From NCBI GenBank assembly GCA_002633005.1, contig NMRA01000496.1:244607-308606 (forward strand): DNA of 64,000 nt, read 5' to 3'. Numbering within the stretch: position 1 is the first letter of the stretch; every line of letters begins with the position of its first letter. Of this stretch, positions 39,592 through 50,500 are shown piece after piece. Both the position numbers and the translations under genes were made by a program. Origin of the DNA: Phoronis australis (taxonomy: Eukaryota; Animalia; Phoronida). The notes under the pieces are model-generated. The model saw only the letters and a list, made by a program, of their open reading frames with translations, did no database searches and was not told the origin of the DNA.

Positions 39592-39621
39592 CTGCTACAT
39601 TATATCTACATAATTTCACAG

Positions 39622-42600
39622 GCATGGCGAATAAAACGTCTCAAGCCACAAGATTGAGTGACAACACAAGTTTTGCAAGCCCATGGGCGTTTCTACGAGC
39701 GCGTTATGAGTATGAACCGTGCCGTGGATATGGTGAGTTTTAATAATGAAAAAGTGGTAACTGAATTGAGCCGGGTTTATTTTGTGGCTTTGCTCCATAG
39801 TTATTATGTTGTAATTATCTAGCCTCATCGATGTTTATTTCATTAATTTAGTTCCGAATTTTGACAACTTCGTCAAAGGTCGCTTCAGTGTCCTCCGCCT
39901 CACCAACTCGTCACAACACGAGTAAGTAATGAGCATATAGGTGACTTAGTAAAATCACCTCGTTGTATAAATTCTTCTAAGCATGTACGGTTGAAATTAA
40001 AATATTTTTAAATAAGTATAGAACTGAGTGCAAACCAAAAGAGAAAGACAGTCTAAATGATCCACCCCTAATGAACATTTAAGTAGCCCGCTGCGTTTGC
40101 AATAGTCATAAAAGATGCGCCGTACTTTCATTTTGGAATAGGCTTTACTGGGTTTCGTGCAAGGTTTTTGAAGACCTCAGCCTGTCATGCACTTCATACT
40201 TTAGGTTTTATCCCTAGTTTGTAAAAGAAAGTTGGAGCTGAGTTGGCTTGGATTTTTAAGTCTAAAGCTGTTGAATGCCACTACAAATTTTGAAAACTTG
40301 ACCCCGCTGCGGAAGTCTATTGAATTCTCTTACTTTATTTTACTTCCTTGTGAAATAGCACACATTGCTTTATTGAATTTAGCATCTTTTCATCTGGAAG
40401 TGCTCTCGTCGATATGCAAATTATTCAAGTATTCAAATTTACCAATAGGAAATTTAGTGTGTAAATGATTTGTGGTCCATTAAGCCGGCTTTCTGACATT
40501 TTTTTCTGGGTTCATGTGAACTTTAGCCAGTTTCTTGCGTGTGCAAAAATGAAATCCTATGCCGTTTTTAGGCTACTCCAAAGGTTTCCTCCAGTGAAAA
40601 ACCCGTCCAAAATATTAAAAGAAACAATGAGGATGTTGAAAAGCGCCAATGTGAGGTAAGATCTTTTGTCACTGACGTCATCTTCACCGGTAGTCATTTT
40701 TGCACTCTTAAAGGGACATAAAATACGTTTAACCCTAACAAGCATTAATTTACGACAAAATCGCTCAAGCAACCAAAATAAAAGGGAGCTCTATAACTCT
40801 CTCCAATCTTCTGGAGTTTAGCGCCGGACTGGAAATGACCTTGTAAAGCGAGTTGATGACACTATCATTTTGGACGACACACTCCACTCTGTGAGCTGGT
40901 GCTTAAACTTGGGGGGCTGCTTCATTTAATAAGGTAGCAATAAGTGAACGTGTCCCTGTGAATAATTGTTAGGAATTATTACCTCAATCTGAAGACCTAT
41001 TAAACTTGCTCTTGGTCTCGGAAAAGGTCGTACTCGGTTAGTCGTGGTGCGCCTTTTAGTAAACTGGGTGCCTGAGCTCAAGCACGTCCCCTTGTTTCAG
41101 TACTCAGCGGATAGACGTGCTATACAATAACAAGCGATTAAGAATCAATTTTAAGTGAAATCGCAAACTTGAACACAGTTCTTAGTATATCTTTAAAAGA
41201 CATACTTCTTAAAAACTGGCGTAAATAACAATCGGCGTTGTATTTCGTTATGGTATTGTTATTACAGTGCGTACAGGTGCGAAATTATGCAAAACCTCCG
41301 ACGGGTGATTCTTCAACACCGTTATCTGCTGGTGCCACCTCCCGCGTCTGACATCATCCCAGACATAGTGGAGACGATCAGCATCGAATTTGCAAACTGG
41401 AACTTCCGAGTAGCTGTGCACGCAATACACGTAATAACTGATCTCATTGTAACGATACCCACGCTTCTGAACGTGGTAAGGACACGTAGGACTGGCCTGC
41501 ATTTTTAAAATACTCAATTTAGCTTGGCGACTAAGTGGTTGCATTTAAAGAACAAATAGCAGATGATACAAACACTTATTTGAGTGTTAAACGTATTACA
41601 AAGAAGCCACCAATAATTCCAACGTACTCGGTAGCTCCAAATCTCATAACAATCTACACTTTAAAGTGCGCAATTTAGCTTAACGAGATTAAGTTATTTT
41701 TAAATGGTCTTCAAAGAGCTAGTAGAAGGTGATTTTAACAGTTATTAGAATGATAAAACAGTTTATAAAGAAGCAATTAGTAATACTCACGAAATCTTTA
41801 AGCGAAAATCTCATAACCTCTGCACGCGTCGTCATCTAATGGCGACACATCGCAATTTTAGATTTACCGAGAATTCGGAACTTCAGGAACTAGGCTGTGT
41901 ATTCGACTAGGCTAAGTGTGTTTGATAGAGAATAATCTTGAGTAAACATATACCTAAAATGGAAATGTAGTTTCAGAATACTTATGTCATACTTGTTAAG
42001 GATATTCTCAGAACAGGCAAAAATAATGAAGATAAATTTCGACAGGAGTAAACTAAGACTGACATCATACCCCGCGCATACACAGGCAGTCGACGACGAA
42101 GGGCCAAAACCAACGGCTGTTTTATCAGAGTAAAATCACCAATTACTACCTGTGTATGTGACAAATAACCTTTATCAAATGCAAACACACTGTTGGAAAA
42201 GTGAATAGTTTTTTCAGCAGAGCTTACGATGACATTTCTGACGGCTGACTAAGTTTGAACAGTGAGCAACGGCCTCGTTCTTAGAATAAAACGGCCTCGT
42301 TCTTAGAATACAACGGCCTCGTTCTTAGAATACAATGGCCTCGTTCTTAGAATACAGCGGCCTCGTTCTTAGAATACAACAGCCTCGTTCTTATATAATT
42401 CAACAGCCTCGATCTTAGAATACAATGGTCTCGTTCTTAGAATACAGCGGCCTCGTCCTTAAAATACAACGGCCTCGTTCTTATAGAATTCAACAGCGTC
42501 GTTCTTAGAATGCAATGGTCTCGTTCTTAGAATACAACGGCCTAGTTCTTAGAATACAACGGCCTCTGCAATGGCGGAACACGGCATATAAGATGACAAG

Positions 42601-45600
42601 GACGATTTTGAGCGAGAACTGGACAATTATTATGCAGAGAGGAGACTGCATGGATACGGGCATAACACTCAAGTACTTGACGAATCAGACAATGAACTTG
42701 GTTTCTCACTTTCGAAGTTTCGTGGGCTTTAAGGCCGTATGAGCCCGACCAACTCATTTTGCACGAGAAATGCTGCAAACATATGTGAGGCACAATCAAA
42801 TAAACTGAACCAACTGGTGGTTAATATTAACAAAACAGACACTTTAATAAGCACTGACAAAGACCACAGTAAACCTAGGACATAATTCTCCCCACTTTGG
42901 AAGTAGGTTTCCGTCCACACGATTGTGTTTGGATTTTGGTTATTTCTTCGAGGTTATTTTTTTGTGTGTTTTTGGGCAGAAATAGTTTTTGTTTCATTTT
43001 CCACCATGCCCAGTCATTTGAATCTGCTTGGATGGCATGATGGTCTGCTTTTTCGAAGTTTCGTTTTCGTCCTCTACACATAATAGTGAGAATGACGTTT
43101 TCGTCACCCATACACATCAGGATAAAAACCATGTTTTCAATACCATCCCTCTATGGAGAGCGTTTTCAGAAAATTGTGCTTATTATGGTTGCCGTTTTGG
43201 ATGGAAGCCTGTGGTTTAAAGGTGTGTCTGTAAAAAGAAGCGTCGTCATTTGAAACGCGAGGACCTGGTCGTACCACCTCGGATGTTTTCGTAGTCTCAA
43301 AGTTGGTGATACGAAAATACCCGAGGTGGGTCATACTTGTTAGGACAAAGAAAGTGTACCGGTAGCGAAATATTTTCAGGAAGTGTTAACACAAATAGCC
43401 ACGAGACTGCTCGACGCTCTCATCAAGTGCTTCACTGTAAAGCGGCTTTATGACTTTGAAAACCCTGTGAAAAGAGAAGTCTCCGTGTGTATGAGAGAGT
43501 TGGTGAAGCACACCACACTTAACACGTTAACTGAAGCACTTAAAATTTCTTGCGGATTAAAGTAAGTGCCGGGGCAAAAAGGAATTTAATGCAACTTTGT
43601 TAGTATTTGACAATAATGGTTCGACGTTGCCGGAGTTAAACTCAGTAGTTTTGCTCGAACACTTTATCCCCGGACATAAGTGAAGATTATTGAGAATGAA
43701 GATTTTACGATCTAGATGAAATTGGGTGCTACCGTGGACAATAATTTCATGTTTGAAGATTTTTGGCCGACGTTGTATCTTTTAAAGGAGAGTGCCACCC
43801 AAAAACAACCCATTTCTTATCAATTTAGATAATGGCACGCTCGGTTGCGTTACCTGACACCTGACGACAGGCGGGGGTGTTGAAATTATCCAGTGACGTA
43901 ATTGGTTTCACACGCAGTCTGTTCAGCAGTTCACAACACGGGTTAGTGGTGTCAACTTATCGCTTGAATTCAACGTTTAACACCAATAAATCATCAAACT
44001 TCGATGTAAAACCCTTAAAATAAACCAAGTTCTTATAAAAATGTGTTGTTTTATTTCGCTGTTACGGATTTACTGGTATTTGGACACACCGTAGCCTACT
44101 TACAAAGTTCGGCAGGCCAATTTACCAAGGTCCATAGCAGGAGTTTGGGGTCTGTTCGGAGATAATTTCGAAGTATTCTTCCGTGAAATACAGACAGGAG
44201 AACCTAGATCTGTGTTCTAAATACACAAAACGCTTGTTATCCCGGCCAGTGGCTCGGAACCCGATCATGCCCGTCGCGGCCGCCGGGACTCAGTGGCACG
44301 GACATAAACCAGCTTGAGTTGGAAACTAAACCTCCACGAAAAGACTATAATAGTGAGCCATAGAAATAATGTGCACGTAATTATATATGTGAATTAGCCA
44401 CGAAAATGGAAATCTACTTACTTGTCGGGAGCTGCGAAGTCGAGTTCCCCGGCACCGTCAGGACAAAGGTTGTACAGTAACAATGATTTGGATAATGTAT
44501 TTGCATTTCTAAATAAGGATTCCCCTAACATGTGACCATAGCATATAAAATCGAGTAATTGTTTCACAGCAGCTTTGTGTCAGCAACCACTAAATTAGCA
44601 CGCGCTCATACGGCCGCGGTGCCCGGTCAATTATCTTTGTTGCCGGCATCAAAAGCCGGTAACGCAGTGGTTTATTCATTGCTGGTTTCTCAAAACATTT
44701 GCACTCACGAGCACTCCAAGGCATTACAAATCGTATCTAATGAGACAGACTTTGTTTCAGTTTCATATAAGCCTTGGTTAGGATGAGAATAATTCATTTT
44801 GAAACAGAACGCAGAATAATAACGTCTACATGGCAACTCGCCCGGCGCCAATCCCGACTAAGTCAAGAGCTCATCCGACGAAGACTTCACGGGTCGTATC
44901 GTTAGGTTTCACATACTATCAGTTCGAACCGGAATACACTGATCAAGAAATACTAGAGGCGCCGTGAACATACACAGGCAACGGAAGGTATGGATAGTTC
45001 ATTGGTAAGCCGGAATTCGTCAGAGACTTGTCGACAAAATGCCGGCCACAGACACGGATATGTTTCCGACGGCCTCATACTTGCTATTAACAGGGTACTT
45101 TTCATTCTTCTCTACCGCGAGCCAGTTCCTAAGCATTTCGGGCTCTCGAGGAAGTCGAAAAAACGATATACCCGCTTTCTTTGCAGCTTAATAGTTCGAA
45201 CAAGCGGGAACGACACACCGCAATATAGCGGCATTCACTCTGCTGACGAACCACTGACGTCGCTGCGTCGTTTCTCACCTTCAGTTCCTCTCAGGTTAAC
45301 GCGACACCTCTCGGCAAGGTGAAGTTGACTGTATAAGAGGCGGTGTGGATATAGACCGATCAAGACGATAAAAAGACTAATTAAATCGGGTGGCATTCTC
45401 CTTCAAATAGACTTTGCGAGGCATTTTTATTTTTTAAGGTTTTGGACAAGTCGTGTTTAGTTCTACATTTTCAGCCAAGTGCTTTTTAAAATGCACCTCT
45501 TTCCGGTTCCTAGTTCGTCACAAATGGGCACCACTCAAGAACTATACAGAACACAGGTTGTGCTGCGATTAGGCGAGCGATGGATTGGCGATTACGACGA

Positions 45601-46100
45601 AAACATAAGGTTAGAGTATTTATCATAATACACGCACGAGCAGACCAGCACAATATCGGAGGAACAAACTTCCTTGGGTGCCCCTAAGACTGCATGCAGT
45701 CACCTTTTTAGTTGTGTCCGTTTTATGAAACACAATCGCAGACAATCAACCAAGTAGATTTTGATTAATTATAGAACCACTCTTAACCACGCAAAATTCC
45801 CAAATTTTGTTTCCCAACGGCACGGGAAGACCAATTACAAGGAATGATTGTGAAGATAACGCATCACGTGATCACAATATTATTCCGTTGGACTAAATGT
45901 ACAGGGAGGCAACTGACTTGGTACTCAAGATTTCTCATTACAGACAACGCGCAAAAGAAGTCATTGTGAACCTTGTACAGAGCGCAAAGTTCCATTATTG
46001 TCTGCAAATGTTCATGCTGTCTAACGATTGCTATCTAGCGCATAAACTGTGGAAACTGATGCAGCATGGAGAACGTGTGTTGCAGGACAAGGTACAGTAG
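39622..46100 (+). CDS. Multi-exon gene encoding a divergent TOG/HEAT-repeat domain (TOGARAM/crescerin- or CLASP-like)
   Basis: Phase-compatible AG/GT exons: 39622-39732, 39852-39921, 40572-40655, 41268-41475, 43380-43561, 45475-45609 and 45944-46091 (or to the stop at 46100). Peptide: ..ELLQRFPPVKNPSKILKETMRMLKSANVSAYRCEIMQNLRRVILQH...IVETISIEFANWNFRVAVHAIHVITDL...EVLTQIATRLLDALIKC...VKREVSVCMRELVKH...GDYDENIRQRAKEVIVNLVQSAKF.., showing TOG-like HEAT periodicity. Confidence 0.65.
42267..42566. repeat. 22-24 bp minisatellite
   Basis: caacggcctcgttcttagaata, ~13 copies. Confidence 0.95.
43786..45402 (-). mobile_element. Non-autonomous Kolobok-like DNA transposon, copy 4 (intronic in the TOG-like gene)
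   Basis: TTAA|AGGAGAGTGCCACCC ... GGGTGGCATTCTCCT|tcaa; colinear with the other copies. Confidence 0.85.
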
Positions 46101-47475
46101 CTCTTAATTTCAAAACCACCGAGATCTCAAACCTGAATCTCTATCTTGAGTTCAGGCAGGTGAACAAGTCCACTTGTGCACTCAGTTGCATGGTTTATCG
46201 TCATAGCGTATTGTCTGTTCTCCTGAATCTGTTCTTCCGAAGTTTAGAAATCACGTCGAACTTAGTACAAAATACACTGGAGAGAGGTAATCTAATTCAG
46301 AAGTTGGATTTTAGATAAAAACACATCATTCGAAATTCATGAGATACTTTAAAAAACAGGAGGTTGAAAGAGATCCAGGAAAGGAAGCTACAATTGTAAC
46401 CGCATGAGGGGTACAACATCGCATGAAGGGTACAACATCGCATGAGAGGTAACACATCGCAGGTGTGAACCTGTGAAGCTGCAACTGTAAACATACGACC
46501 TACCGCTCTCGAGGTATTCGAGATTTTCCGACGACTGTTGTTTCATTGATTGATAATTCCTCCTCATTTTTATTAACTCACGTTTTATAATCATTTGTTT
46601 CCTTGTCAATGCTGTGCCGGTTTGTCATTGGTCAGTGATTGAGCAGAAAAAAGATAGACAGGAAGGCAACTGCTTACTAAACAATCTTAGCTTGATTCGC
46701 AATTTGGTGAATAAGTTTGCTCTTACAGACTACTGGCAGTTCACAACTAGGTTAATTGCAACTGCGTAAATGCGTGTGCTGTGGTGTCTAACATTTTCTT
46801 GATTAAAATCATAAAACTATGACTTTTATTCGATTTGGACGAAAACTTTCAATTTCAATAGTAAGTATTGTAAAGATGCTGTTATATAAAGTTTGTGTCG
46901 AGCATACTAACAGTTTTTGTGACGAAAGGGGGAGCTCTGCGGTGGATTTTTAGGATGGATACATTGCAAACAGAAGGCTCATATTTCCTTTTGTAGGGAT
47001 GAGTGATATTTTCTGGGTCAAAAAGTACCTTGAAAAATACATTAATGTACTGACTAGAGGTGATGTCTAATAGTGATGGAGGGCATATCCACATGATGGT
47101 GAATTATTTGAGAGTTCCCCAGCCAGATGCAAATAGTTTAAATTTTAATGGGTAAATTCCACAAGCGCTTGTCAACAAACTTGATAGGTACAAAAGATTT
47201 ATCTATTTACATATTTACAGAAACCAATACAAAGATTTGGACTATGACGTGTAAACAGGACCATCAGTGCCTACCAATGAATACAACACCTCAGCTGCAC
47301 AAACCTGCCTACACCACAGTATAGTGCATCTTCATTTTCAGATTAGCAAATTTCTTCATAGCTAATCTGAGAATCCCAACAGCACAGTCCACATGGACAC
47401 GTGACAACTTTCATTGGAGTTCAGCAATGATTGGACAGTTATGTGCATTATTCATGTGAAGGCCCTTTACATTAA

Positions 47476-47583
47476 TCATAAGCCTAAAAGCTTCTTTGAT
47501 TCTTCTGCTTCAGCTTGTAGGCTTTCACTCGCATATTTTTGGAGTAGCTCCATCTTTTTCCTCCGCACCAACGCTTCTTCAAT
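47476..47583 (-). CDS. ISY1: ISY1 exon 11 (IEEALVRRKKMELLQKYASESLQAEAEESKKLLGL*)
   Basis: cttttag acceptor, TGA stop, conserved C-terminus. Confidence 0.96.
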   Translation of the reverse strand: MEEALVRRKKMELLQKYASESLQAEAEESKKLLGL

Positions 47584-50500
47584 CTAAAAGTGAACGTGAC
47601 CATATTAGTCGTGGAAATAGAAGAAAAGCATCCATAAACCTGGATGGAACAACCATCACTAAGTTGAATTTCTAAATAATAGGTTTGATAGTGCTTACAG
47701 AGTAAGTCCTGATAAAGAATATGGAGTCTGGAAATAATGTTACACTCAATTAAACTAAAGAAATTTTACTTGCCTCTTTTTGTGACGGCACAGGAACGTG
47801 AGCTATGAAATGTTTTGTGTTCTCCTCTGTTTCCATGGGAACACTTTCAGATTCCTCATCAGACTACAATGAAAGGAGATTTCGATAGTTTTTAGTATTC
47901 AAGTTAAAACATTCAGTTAAAAAGAGTACTACAGTATGCCTGAACAGCCTTCACTAATGACTTACAGTTGACCAGCTTCTGTCGCACTGGTCACACGTCA
48001 AGGGGTACCTTCACTAATGACTTACAACTGACCAACTCCTGGTATGTTGGTCACAGGTCAAGGGGTACCTTCACTAATGACTTACAGCTGACCACCTTCT
48101 TGCACGCTGATCACATGTCAAGGGGCATCTTATGAAAGTCAGGCACACTGGAAGATTGATATTAAAACTATATAACTGAAATAGGAGCTTTTACTTAATG
48201 AGACATTACTCAGGCAAATGAGACATTGCTCAGGCAAATGAGACATTGCTCAGGCAAATGAGACATTGCTCAGGAAAATGAGACATTGCTCAGGCAAATG
48301 AGACATTGCTCAGGCAAATGAGACATTGCTCAGGCAAATGAGACATTGCTCAGGCAAATGAGACATTGCTCAGGCAAATGAGACATTACTCAGGCAAATG
48401 AGACACTACTCAGGCAAAGCAGCAAAACGTTTTATGCATAGCAACATTAAGAGGCCATGCCATGTGTACCAAAAGGAAATGCAACAAGAGTCACGTAAAG
48501 GGGTGCTAGACTTTGATGGTGACGAGCATAGCAATATTTTAAAGGAAAACCCAAAGGGTACATAGTAACAGGGGAAACTTTACATTTACATAATGTCACA
48601 AATGATAAGCTGAACGTAATGTCTAAAATTGATTCAAGTTTACTGCAACTAACTGGTATGCCGACCTCATTCTCAGTTACTGAGTATATGTTGGTTTCTA
48701 TCTCGTCACTGTTGGTAGTGTCTCCTCTCAATATGGCTTCCTTTTTTGTCTTCCATTCATCCACCTTTTCCTGTATAGCTAAAACAGAAATATTTGGACA
48801 TAAAATTTCTGTTTTCTGCACAATCCCAATTAACATTCACATATATAAAAACATACCATTGCTTCTTATAATACTCCTTTGAATGTATCACTTATGAGCC
48901 ATATATGAGAGTTGTTTTGTTTCAAAAGACCACTTACACGTTTCATAACTTCATACACAAAATCTCTGTCTCATTGCATAACCTAACCCTGTATAAAAAA
49001 CAGCATAAGGTTTCACAAACCTCATGCAAATTGCCACTGTGCAGTATCAGGTAAGCACCATGAACATTGCCATTGTGCAGTATCATGAAACGAAAGGAAG
49101 TCGGACAAAAATCCAGCTTGATTCTGAACTCGCAAAAGGCCTATTACATGGCAACTTCATCAGTTATATTCAGACCTTTTTATTTTTGACAAATCTAGCA
49201 GATTTGAACAGATTTCTCTTTAGTGTGTGAGTCAATTCACAATTTGCACGCTTACTTTATGGTCTATGGAAATCCATGAATCAGATTTTTGATTTTCCTT
49301 TGAACCATGGAAGACTTGTGATGCCATTTCAAATGTGATGGCTGATATCTTTTATTTGAGGGTAAATCTAAAATTTGGTGCACCATTCCCTGTACCTTGA
49401 CAGCAAGAACATATGGTTAAAAAACACGAAGTAGCTGACAGTTTAGATTTGTTCTCAATTCATGTACAGGACAATTTTTCATTGACTTTTTAAGGGTTGA
49501 ATAGCTAGTGGAATTAAAACAGTCTAGTTTGGTTTAGATAAAATTTTACCTGGAAAGATGTGTATTCTCTTCCTGATCTTGTTACAAAAACTCCAAAAAT
49601 GAGATAACTCCAGTTTAGATTGATAAATAGAATTCTATATACCAATTCCATTTTTGAAAACTATAAATGTCAGGGAAGACCATACTTGCTCTTTTTGTCA
49701 AGAGTAAGCTGAGACCGTCAACATTTTTGGGCACATAAAAAGTGATAATTTGGAAATTTAGATATCATAAATTGAAAATACTGAAAATTGACACTATGTG
49801 GTTTGGAATACGTCAAATCCATCCCAAAATGGAATGACACTGTTGACTTCATAATAGAAACTTGTTTGTAAAATTTCAGAAAAAAACGTCAAATAGCTCT
49901 GAAGATACAGACGAGGCAAACATAAAAGCTAAAACTGTCACTAGAGGGCAGAGCTGTCTGAAAGTCATGGGCAGTTGTTACACTTCTTACAAAATTTCAT
50001 AAACGATTAAGGAGCTAAAACCACGTATTCAACAAAGACAAAATGACCACTAGAGGTCATTACAGTAGTCAGATTCGTCCAAAAATCAACATCAGCCATG
50101 GTCGTCTCATAAGCAACGCATCAAGAGGAAGACGCCAAAATGAGACTAAAATAATAACATGTGGCCACCATTCAAAAATAGGAAAGCGTCGTCGACTCCG
50201 TAATAGAAACCTTTTTAATGTCATGAAGATCCATAAAGGAACTTCAACGATACAGAGGTAAACGTAAAAACTAACACTTTCACTAAGAGGGCAGAGTGAC
50301 AGTAGAACCCATCCGAAATTCGTCATCATCTGTCGTTAGCGTCACGGGAACACATCAGCCAAATCTCATTAACATCCAGCGAGGAGTTTAGGAGACATCG
50401 CAGCAGATACCAGACACCCAGACAAAGATGATGGCAACATGCAACTACAAATGTATATGTTGGCATATAAAAGTTGTACTTCAAAGACCGCCTTACCAAT

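Noticed and set aside
38640-39657. MYVC/HTYI- and 16-aa-repeat ORFs
   Set aside because: Products of (TATG)n and a ~48-bp minisatellite.
42267-42566. CRISPR-like appearance of short repeats (also 3307, 22082, 48197)
   Set aside because: Head-to-tail units without unique spacers, no cas genes, eukaryotic context.
43604-43680. Extra TOG-gene exon (IMVRRC...VLLEHFIP)
   Set aside because: Would need a 42-nt intron and is phase-incompatible, giving an immediate stop.
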